Part shown: piece by piece, positions 8,544 to 16,086 of the stretch | How the letters are laid out: each line of letters begins with the position of its first letter | Position numbering within the stretch: position 1 is the first letter of the stretch | The notes under the pieces: generated by a model | Database searches by the model: none | What the model was told of the DNA's origin: nothing | The model's input: the letters and a program-made list of their open reading frames with translations, nothing else | Made by a program: the position numbers and the translations under genes | From: Thermoanaerobaculia bacterium | Lineage (GTDB): Bacteria; Acidobacteriota; Thermoanaerobaculia; UBA2201 | DNA: 25,324 nt | Assembly (NCBI GenBank): GCA_037478515.1 | Contig: JBBFMJ010000001.1 | Span: forward strand, 1-25,324 | Direction: 5' to 3'

Positions 8544-10169
8544 TTATATATTTTTAATCCACATTTTAAATTTTTTTTCAAGAATTGGAAGGGGTAAGGA
8601 CCCATCTTCAAGCAGAACATTATGAAAATCTTTTATATTAAATTTTTCTCTAAATTTATTTTGTGCTTCTTCTTTTAGTTTTAGAAAGAATTTCTCCCCG
8701 ACTTTGTAAGTCAATGCTTGACCTGGAAGGACTGCATACCTTAAAACTTCAATTTCCGAATGTTTTTTTGTGAATTTTCCTTCTTTCATTAAGATTTCCA
8801 TTGCTTTTTCCTTTTTTATTTTTCCAAGATGTATTCCAGTATCTAAAATCAATCTTAAAGTTCGCCAGATCTGGTTTTTCAATACTGCTTTTTTGTAACT
8901 TTCCTCTTTCACAAGTCCTATCTCCCAGGCAAGGTTTTCAGAATAGAGAGCCCAGCCTTCCACAAAACTGTCAAAAAAATGGTATCTTAAAAAGGAAGGA
9001 AGTTTTTTATTTTCTCTTTGAAGGGAAAGTTGAAGGTGGTGACCTGGCATAATTTCATGGAAAAAGATAGCCAGAATTTCACCCAAAGGTTTATTTTTAG
9101 CCAATTTTAAATTTAAGTAAAAGATGGGCTTTTCCCTTTCATCTATTCCACCCAAAAAATATTCCCCCAGTGGGGCACTTCTTTCTTTAAATTTTTCCGC
9201 AGGAATTATCTTGAAATCTCTTTTAGGTATTTTATAAAAATATTTAGCCAGTTTAAGTTTTAAATTTTTGCTGTATTTCCTTAAAAAATCCAGGGGCTCT
9301 TTTAAATTAAATTCCTCTGCCTTTAAAATTTTATTTTTTTCTTTTAATTCCTTTAATTCTTCTATGCCTTCCTGATAAATTTCTTCTGGCTCAAGTTTTA
9401 AGGTAGTGTATTTTAAAATTTTGGCTTTATACCATAATACTCCATCAGGCAGGTTAAAAAATCCAGTTTCATTCTTGCATTTATTTATATACTTTTCTTT
9501 TAAAAAACTTGAAATTTCCTCATAGGAAACCAGCACTTTTTCTCTGATTTCTTTTTCAACCCTTTCTATCTCCTTCCTTTTTTCTTTTCCTCTGTACTCC
9601 TTTTCCATTATAAAAATTGGTTTAAAGCAAGGATTTTGATTTTTATTTTTCTTCAAAAAAAATTCCATCTGAGAAATTATCTTTTCCACCACGGGCAGGG
9701 GTAGGTTTATTTTTAAACTCATCCCTTTTTCAAGGTTTGAAATTACCTCTTTTGCCCATCTTTGGAAAAAATGGATCTTTTTGTAGAATATTTCCAAATC
9801 CCTTTTTTCCTTAAAGCTTTGATTCAGCCCTGAGCAAATGGATGGAAAAAGCAAATGAAAGGAATAAAAATGGTTTATTGGGAGCAGATGGTCTGGAAAT
9901 TCAAGTTCCTTTAAAGAAATTTCCAGAGTAAATTTAAAGGCATCCATGTAAATTTTTTGTTTTTCATCAGAGGTATTTTCCAGTTTTTTTGAAATTTCAT
10001 AATATTTTTTGTAAATAGATTTTTCTTTTTCCCTGAACTCTTCAGATATTGGCACAGGGATTTCTTCAATTTCTTCCAGTATATTAAATCCCAAGTAGGA
10101 GGCTTCAAGGGGATAAAGATAAATCCATTCTTTAAAGTAATCTTCAAAAATCTTTTTTACTTTCTGCAC
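8544..10169 (-). CDS. DUF885 family protein with no signal peptide
   Basis: HEIMPGHHLQ, FVEGWALYSE, WRTLRLILDTGIH, EVLRY...PGQALTYKVG, FNIKDFH...L..GSLPL. GTG start overlaps the upstream TAG stop. Confidence 0.88.
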   Translation of the reverse strand: MQKVKKIFEDYFKEWIYLYPLEASYLGFNILEEIEEIPVPISEEFREKEKSIYKKYYEISKKLENTSDEKQKIYMDAFKFTLEISLKELEFPDHLLPINHFYSFHLLFPSICSGLNQSFKEKRDLEIFYKKIHFFQRWAKEVISNLEKGMSLKINLPLPVVEKIISQMEFFLKKNKNQNPCFKPIFIMEKEYRGKEKRKEIERVEKEIREKVLVSYEEISSFLKEKYINKCKNETGFFNLPDGVLWYKAKILKYTTLKLEPEEIYQEGIEELKELKEKNKILKAEEFNLKEPLDFLRKYSKNLKLKLAKYFYKIPKRDFKIIPAEKFKERSAPLGEYFLGGIDEREKPIFYLNLKLAKNKPLGEILAIFFHEIMPGHHLQLSLQRENKKLPSFLRYHFFDSFVEGWALYSENLAWEIGLVKEESYKKAVLKNQIWRTLRLILDTGIHLGKIKKEKAMEILMKEGKFTKKHSEIEVLRYAVLPGQALTYKVGEKFFLKLKEEAQNKFREKFNIKDFHNVLLEDGSLPLPILEKKFKMWIKNI

Positions 10170-10801
10170 TATGTTATTTTAACTTGAAAGGAAGTTATCT
10201 TTTTGTCCTTTTCAAAGAGAGCCGCTTCAGCAATATCTCCCTTTTTCAGTTCTCCAATCCCGGAAGGGGTTCCTGTAAAGATTATATCTCCCTTTTTTAA
10301 GGGGATAAATTGACTTATAAATTTAGTTATTTCTCTGGGTTTTAAAATCATTTCTTTAAAAGAGCCCTCCTGCCTTAAAACTCCATTTACAAATAATTTG
10401 ATCTTTAGATCCTTTTCATTTTTTATTTCATAAAAGTTTGAGATGGGTCCAGAGGAGTCAAACCCTTTTGCCAGAAACCAGGGTTTCCCCTTTTCTTTCA
10501 GTTCCTTTTGCAGATCCCTTAGAGTAAGATCCAGCCCAACCCCGTATCCAATTTCCTCTCCCGTAAAGAGCAGGGTTATTTCTACCTCATGGTGCAGGAG
10601 TTTTGCAAAATCAGGTTTTGGAATCCTTTCCATTTTTCCTTCAGCCAGCACCAGTGCCGATAAGGGTTTTATAAAAAGGGCAGGGGAGTCCTTTTCCTTC
10701 CCCATTTCTTTAATATGTTCCCTGTAATTGCTTGTGAGGCAAAATATTCTATTGGGTCTTATTTTAATTTCTTCCTTTTCTTTTATAAATTTTATAAACA
10801 T
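10169..10801 (-). CDS. Fumarylacetoacetate hydrolase family protein (YcgM/FAHD1-like)
   Basis: SNYREH, FIKP, HHEVE, GLDLTLRDLQ, WFLAKGFD, GDIIFTGTPSG. Confidence 0.92.
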   Translation of the reverse strand: MFIKFIKEKEEIKIRPNRIFCLTSNYREHIKEMGKEKDSPALFIKPLSALVLAEGKMERIPKPDFAKLLHHEVEITLLFTGEEIGYGVGLDLTLRDLQKELKEKGKPWFLAKGFDSSGPISNFYEIKNEKDLKIKLFVNGVLRQEGSFKEMILKPREITKFISQFIPLKKGDIIFTGTPSGIGELKKGDIAEAALFEKDKKITSFQVKIT

Positions 10802-11970
10802 AAGGATAGCCCTCTTTCAAGGTCTTCAATTAAATCATTTACATCCTCGCATCCCACGGATAATCTCACAAGCCCATTGGATATCCCTGCCTCTTCTCTC
10901 TGCTTATCTGAAAGACCAGAATGGGTCATTGAAGCAGGGTGCTGGATGAGGGATTCTATGCCTCCCAAGGAGACAGCCAGGGCAGGGACTCTTAAATTAT
11001 TCATAAGTTTAACTCCTGCCTCATATCCACCCTTTAAAATAAAAGATATCATAGCCCCAGGACCCTTCATCTGTTTTTTTGCCAGTGCCCTTTGGGGAAA
11101 GGATTTTAAACTTGGATAAAATACTTTTTCTACTGCCCGCTGTTTTTCCAAAAAGGAAGCAATCTTTTTGGCATTTTCCTGGGCTTTTAAAACTCTTAAA
11201 GGTAGGGTCTTTACACCTCGGAGGATAAGCCATGCCTGATGGGGATCCATTGTTCCACCTAAATTAAGCAAAACCTTCCTGACCCTTTCTCCCAGATCTT
11301 TGTCTTTAAAAATTAATACTCCCCCTAAAGCATCGGAATGACCATTTATATATTTTGTTAAGGAATGCAAGACAATGTCTGCCCCAAAATCTATGGGATT
11401 TTGAAGAATAGGGCTTGAAAAAGTATTATCCACAGCAAGGTAAGCCCCATTTTTATGGGCTATCTCTGCACATTTTTCAATATCTGTCATTTTAAGGGTG
11501 GGATTTGCTGGAGTTTCAATATATATCAGTTTAGTATTCTTTTTTACCGCTTTTTCTACCAGTTTTAAATTTGAAGTATCTATGAAGGAAGATTCAACAC
11601 CAAAGCGTGAAAATTCCTTTTCCATAATGACCCTTGAAGGGGCATAGAGGCAATCAGTTCCAATTATATGATCTCCCTTGCTCAAAAGGGAGAAATATAA
11701 AGTTGAGACAGCAGCCATACCTGTGGCTGTTGCCAGACCCACTTCACCCTTTTCCAACTTTGAGAGTGTTTTTTCCAACTGTTCCACAGTGGGATTTTTT
11801 AATCGGGTATAAATATATCCCTTTCCCGTTAAAAATCTTCTGGACCCTTCTTCAGCAGAAGGGAATTTAAAAATAGAAGTTTGATAAATTGGGGTTATTA
11901 CAGCCCCGGATTTTTCATCTCCCTTTCCATCAGAATGGACGCAAATTGTTTCAAAACCTTCAAAATCCAT
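10792..11970 (-). CDS. Cys/Met metabolism PLP-dependent lyase (methionine gamma-lyase / cystathionine gamma-lyase-like)
   Basis: PIYQTS.F, YTRLKNPT, TGMAAV, YIETPANPTL, VDNTF, HSLTKYINGHSD (PLP Lys), AVSLGGIESLIQHPASMTH, RLSVGCED. LYAPS replaces the LYGCT of classical MGL, so the substrate is uncertain. Confidence 0.88.
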   Translation of the reverse strand: MDFEGFETICVHSDGKGDEKSGAVITPIYQTSIFKFPSAEEGSRRFLTGKGYIYTRLKNPTVEQLEKTLSKLEKGEVGLATATGMAAVSTLYFSLLSKGDHIIGTDCLYAPSRVIMEKEFSRFGVESSFIDTSNLKLVEKAVKKNTKLIYIETPANPTLKMTDIEKCAEIAHKNGAYLAVDNTFSSPILQNPIDFGADIVLHSLTKYINGHSDALGGVLIFKDKDLGERVRKVLLNLGGTMDPHQAWLILRGVKTLPLRVLKAQENAKKIASFLEKQRAVEKVFYPSLKSFPQRALAKKQMKGPGAMISFILKGGYEAGVKLMNNLRVPALAVSLGGIESLIQHPASMTHSGLSDKQREEAGISNGLVRLSVGCEDVNDLIEDLERGLSLCL

Positions 11971-11981
11971 ACTTCCCCCTT

Positions 11982-13235
11982 TTATTTTGTCTGTGATACT
12001 TTGTTATAAATAAAAGCCAGAAACTCTTCCGGTGTAAAAATCTTACAATCTCCAAAATCCTGAACCCTTTTACTCCTCATAAGGTAAAGGGTTCTGTGGC
12101 AGATGTATTCAAAGTTGTATCTAAAATTTTGTCCCTTTAAATCTTCATACATTTTTTGAAGGGTTGTAAGTTGCCTGTCTAGTATGAAATTTGGCTCTTC
12201 GGTTTCATATTTTGCAGGTATTTCCTTTTTCTTTGTCTTTTCAGTTTTTAGTCCAAGATATATGTAAGATAACTTATTTATTTCTTCAGATATTTTATCA
12301 GGGGTTCTTCTCTCTTTTTGATATATTATTGCAGGTATTCCCAAACTATTTGCCCTGTTTATCTCTTCGGACTCCACGATCCATCCCAGATTTGTAGAAT
12401 TAAATCTGGAAGATACATTCCTGGCAAGGTTTACTACAAAGGGTTGAACTGCTTTTTCATAGGAATTTTTAATTCCATTAAACATATTGAGCACATAAAA
12501 TACCTGAAAATATTCTAAAATATTTTGAATTATTTCAATAATTGGATGGTCTCCCAAGGCATGTTTTAAATCAATAAGGAAAGCATCTAAATTTTGAATG
12601 GATGTATCATAGGTGTCCTCCACGGAATCAATTAGAGAATTTATAAGTTTTGAAAGGGAAGCCCCTCCTTTTATTAGATTATAAAGAGGAGATGAGGGGT
12701 GGAAAATTATCCTGAGTTTTCTGAAAAGAATTGCTTTAACAATGTCTGAGGCAGCCATAGTGGCAGCGGGTAAATGGGGTGTAAAGATTAAAATCCCTGA
12801 ATTAGAAAAGGGAAGAAAATCAATTACATTTGGGTCAAGCCCTGCCTTTAAATCCAAGACGATGTATTTTGCATCCAAATTGTTAATGGCATCTATGAGT
12901 TTTTTCTTGTTTTTTGTGGTGAGATTGGATATCTCATCAATGAAATGGGCAGGTCCAGGTATGAAAGAAAATTCCTTAAACCTTCCTTCTGGGTCCCATT
13001 TTGAAGGTATTCTGTTTTGACATTCCTCCAGAAGATTGTTTTTTTTGAAAAAATGGTATAAGTCCTTTTCTATCTGAACATCCAGAACATTTCTTATGGA
13101 AGAAGTACCCGTATCCAGGTCAATTAAAATAGTTCTACCATACTGACTTAAAGTCAAGGCATAATTTATGGCAAAAGTTGTTTTGCCAACTCCCCCCTTC
13201 CCTGATGAAACAGAAATAATTCTCTTATTTTTCAT
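11982..13235 (-). CDS. MinD/FlhG/ParA-family P-loop ATPase with an internal insertion and a C-terminal extension
   Basis: Deviant Walker A SGKGGVGKTT, LIDLDTG, VLDLKAG (switch II-like), VLNMF, GWI..SEEI..A..LGIP; 417 aa, longer than typical MinD/FlhG. Confidence 0.8.
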   Translation of the reverse strand: MKNKRIISVSSGKGGVGKTTFAINYALTLSQYGRTILIDLDTGTSSIRNVLDVQIEKDLYHFFKKNNLLEECQNRIPSKWDPEGRFKEFSFIPGPAHFIDEISNLTTKNKKKLIDAINNLDAKYIVLDLKAGLDPNVIDFLPFSNSGILIFTPHLPAATMAASDIVKAILFRKLRIIFHPSSPLYNLIKGGASLSKLINSLIDSVEDTYDTSIQNLDAFLIDLKHALGDHPIIEIIQNILEYFQVFYVLNMFNGIKNSYEKAVQPFVVNLARNVSSRFNSTNLGWIVESEEINRANSLGIPAIIYQKERRTPDKISEEINKLSYIYLGLKTEKTKKKEIPAKYETEEPNFILDRQLTTLQKMYEDLKGQNFRYNFEYICHRTLYLMRSKRVQDFGDCKIFTPEEFLAFIYNKVSQTK

Positions 13236-13572
13236 TTTTAATTCTTATAAATTTAACACATTTTTTTTATAAAAAGCAAATGGATTTTCTGGAGAATTTA
13301 AAATAGAAATGATTGAAGAATTATGATATTTAAATTTTCTATTAATAAAGCACAAAGTAAATTAAAAAAAATTTTGAATTTAAAAATTTAATAAGCAAAT
13401 GAGAAGACGAAAAAACTTGTAATTTTTTAGTTCAATTTTAAATTTTCATTTATACCTAAAATTGATGAAAAAATTTATTTTTTTTCTCTCGAAAAATTTT
13501 AATATTTTACTTTTTGAGCATATTACAATAAAGGAATAAAATCAATTATTTCTTGCCTTCTTCTAAATTGCT

Positions 13573-13616
13573 TTGTGAAAAAAAGCACTTGACAAAGAAT
13601 TTTTTTCATATAAAAT
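13573..13616 (+). promoter_or_regulatory. Promoter of the redox operon (TTGACA-16-TAAAAT) with an adjoining Rex/CRP-spaced GTG-N8-CAC site
   Basis: TTGACA 13589-13594, TAAAAT 13611-13616; TTGTGAA-AAAA-AGCACTT at 13573-13590 overlaps the start of the -35 box. Confidence 0.6.
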
Positions 13617-13625
13617 ATTTTGGAT

Positions 13626-14801
13626 ATGAAAAGCGTAATTTATCCCAACCTATCCCAGTTAGTAAAAAAGTATGGTAAGTTTGATGGTCGTCTCTGTTAT
13701 AACTGTGGAACCTGCACAGTTTCCTGTCCTATGGCAGACGAGACCACTTCTTTTCCAAGAAGGCCTATTCAAATGGTCCATGTGGGGGAGAAAGATAAAT
13801 TAATATCTATGGTTGAGCCATGGATCTGTCACTGGTGTGGGGACTGCTCAGCCAATTGTCCCCAGAAAGCAGAACCAGGGGAATCGATGAATACCATCAG
13901 AAAATACCTCTCCTCTGTTTATGACTGGACTGGGATTTCCTCAATTTTTAATAAATACTGGATTTTTAAAATTGGGCTTTATCTTTTTTCCATTGCTTTA
14001 ATCTTTGGATTGATTGCCTATTATCACATAAAAGAAGTGGGTATCTCTTTTTCTGACCTATTAAAAATGACCCCTTCGGAGATGAGTGATTCAAATTTAG
14101 GCCATGTCTTTGGAACAACTAAAATAATGTTTTATTTTACCTATGCTTTCTTCCTTTTGCCTTTAATTATACTCATAACCAACGGGATGAGGATGTGGTA
14201 TTTCACAATGAAAAGGAATAGTGCCCTTAAAATTCCCTTCTCCCTTTACCTTTCAGAACTTAAAAATTTCTTAATCCTTGGACTTACCCAGAAAAAATTC
14301 AAAGAATGCAAGGAAAAGAGTATGTGGACAAGGCACGTAACCCTTTTTGCTGGCTTTCTTTTGATTTCAATAATTGTATTTTTCTTTTTGAAATTTTTCC
14401 AGACCGATGCCATTTATCCCATCTACCATCCTCAAAGATGGCTTGGCTACATTGCTACAATCCTGATGCTTTATGGAAGTACTGCTATGATATTAGGGAG
14501 AATAACAAAGAAGGAAGAGATACACAAAAAGAGCGATTTTTCTGATTGGTCCCTTCCAATTTTATGTTTTCTTGTGGCTTTAAGCGGAATACTTATCCAT
14601 ATCTTTAGATATGTAAAAATGGAAAAGGCATCCCACTATATGTTTCTTGCTCATATTTTGATTTTAGCCCCGTTGATGCTCAAAGAACTTCCCTTTGGAA
14701 AGCTTGCCCACCTCCTCTACCATCCTCTTGGTCTTTACTTTAAAGGGGTAAAAGACAGAGCCATTAAGATGGAAGAAGAAAAAGAAGCAAAGGTTGCCTA
14801 A
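13626..14801 (+). CDS. qmoC: QmoC-like protein: HdrC-like 2x[4Fe-4S] domain plus NarI-like transmembrane (heme b) domain
   Basis: CYNCGTCTVSCP and CHWCGDCSANCP; several TM helices; YHPQRWLGY and PFGKLAH, which I recognise from QmoC; His pair in the last helix (LAH...KLAH). Start at ATG 13626 or TTG 13620. Confidence 0.8.
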   Translation: MKSVIYPNLSQLVKKYGKFDGRLCYNCGTCTVSCPMADETTSFPRRPIQMVHVGEKDKLISMVEPWICHWCGDCSANCPQKAEPGESMNTIRKYLSSVYDWTGISSIFNKYWIFKIGLYLFSIALIFGLIAYYHIKEVGISFSDLLKMTPSEMSDSNLGHVFGTTKIMFYFTYAFFLLPLIILITNGMRMWYFTMKRNSALKIPFSLYLSELKNFLILGLTQKKFKECKEKSMWTRHVTLFAGFLLISIIVFFFLKFFQTDAIYPIYHPQRWLGYIATILMLYGSTAMILGRITKKEEIHKKSDFSDWSLPILCFLVALSGILIHIFRYVKMEKASHYMFLAHILILAPLMLKELPFGKLAHLLYHPLGLYFKGVKDRAIKMEEEKEAKVA

Positions 14802-14828
14802 AATTTGAAATAAGGAGGGATATTAAAT

Positions 14829-15698
14829 ATGATTGAACAAAAGGTTGGAGCAGCAATGATAGTGGGTGGAGGGATTGGGGGAATGCAGGCAGCCCTAGAC
14901 CTGGCTGAATCAGGAATAAAGGTCTATATTGTGGAAAAGGACTCAGCCATTGGTGGAGTTATGGCTATGCTGGATAAAACCTTCCCCACCAATGACTGTG
15001 CTATGTGTACTATGGCTCCCCGTCTTGTTTCAATTGGAAGGCATAAGGATATTGAAGTTATTTCCATGGCATCCATTGAAAGGGTTGAAGGGGAAAAGGG
15101 AAATTTTAAAATAAGGATTAAAAAGAATCCAAGATATGTGGATGAAGAAAAGTGCACTGGCTGTGGCAGTTGTATTGAAAACTGCCCTGTCTATTTTAAA
15201 GTCCAGCCCTTAAAAATAGAAAGGACAAAACTGGATCCCAAATTTGAAAAGGTAAAGGAAATTGTAGCCAAACATAAGAACAGAAAAGGATTCCTGATGC
15301 CCATACTTCAGGAAATAAATGCCACCTATTATTACCTTCCAGAAAATGCTTTAAGATATGTGGCTGAAGAGACAGGCACACCTTTAATAAATATTATGAG
15401 AATAGCAACCTTTTACAGTGCCTTCAGCATAACCCCTAGGGGAAAGAATTTAATAAATGTATGCACCGGAACTGCTTGCTATGTGAAGGGAGCAGATCGT
15501 CTGATGGAAAAGTTTCAGGAAGTTTTGGATATTCCGGAAGGGGGAACCACAAAAGATATGCTCTTTACTTTAAAATCAGTTCGCTGCATTGGTTGTTGTG
15601 GTCTGGCTCCTGCAATAATGGTCAATGATACTGTCTATGGAAAACTTCTCCCCAAGGATGTGCCTGACATAATTAAAAAATACAAGGAGGCTTCATAA
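14829..15698 (+). CDS. Fusion: N-terminal HdrA fragment (FAD Rossmann start plus half a ferredoxin) and NuoE/HndA-like [2Fe-2S] domain
   Basis: Residues 1-121: IVGGGIGGMQAALDLA, EK...IGG.MA.LDKTFPTNDCAMC, PRYVDEEKCTGCGSCIENCPV. Residues ~136-289: LMPILQEIN..Y.YLP, ATFYSAFS..PRGK..INVCTGTACYVKG, VRCIGCCGLAP. SD AGGAGG upstream. Confidence 0.9.
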   Translation: MIEQKVGAAMIVGGGIGGMQAALDLAESGIKVYIVEKDSAIGGVMAMLDKTFPTNDCAMCTMAPRLVSIGRHKDIEVISMASIERVEGEKGNFKIRIKKNPRYVDEEKCTGCGSCIENCPVYFKVQPLKIERTKLDPKFEKVKEIVAKHKNRKGFLMPILQEINATYYYLPENALRYVAEETGTPLINIMRIATFYSAFSITPRGKNLINVCTGTACYVKGADRLMEKFQEVLDIPEGGTTKDMLFTLKSVRCIGCCGLAPAIMVNDTVYGKLLPKDVPDIIKKYKEAS

Positions 15699-15699
15699 T

Positions 15700-16083
15700 A
15701 TGCCAAAGCTAACCCTTGAAGATTTAAAGAAAAAAAGAGAAGAGGCAAGGTCTAAACTTTATTTAAGAGATGGAGAATTCAGAGGGAAAGTAATTGTCCA
15801 TATGGGAACCTGTGGAATTGCAGCAGGGGCAAGGGAAATAGTGGAACAATTTCTTGAAGAGGTGGAAAAAAACAATGCCAGAGACATTCAAATAACCACT
15901 TCCGGGTGTGCTGGTTTGTGCTCAAAGGAACCTATGGCAACGGTAGAGATAAAAGGTGCAGCTCCAGTAAAATACATAACCCTTAGCAGAGATAAAGTCA
16001 AAAAGATTTTTAAAGAACATATATTGGAAGGAAAAATTGTAGCTGAATATGCCCTTGGTGTGGGCTCTGAAAAAGGAGGTTAG
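15700..16083 (+). CDS. Thioredoxin-like ferredoxin, HndB/HydD-like
   Basis: VHMGTCGIAAGAR and TSGCAGLCSKEP; lies between the NuoE-like and NuoF-like genes, as hndB does in hndABCD. Confidence 0.85.
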   Translation: MPKLTLEDLKKKREEARSKLYLRDGEFRGKVIVHMGTCGIAAGAREIVEQFLEEVEKNNARDIQITTSGCAGLCSKEPMATVEIKGAAPVKYITLSRDKVKKIFKEHILEGKIVAEYALGVGSEKGG

Positions 16084-16086
16084 AAT

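Noticed and set aside
13236-13570. Riboswitch, sRNA or repeat array in the long AT-rich intergenic region
   Set aside because: No GC-supported stems, recognisable aptamer or regular repeats seen; consistent with divergent promoter DNA.
14829-15698. hdrA pseudogene or frameshift
   Set aside because: Both chimeric genes are long clean ORFs with SDs, and the missing HdrA half is present in 17972..21220. An assembly chimera remains formally untested.
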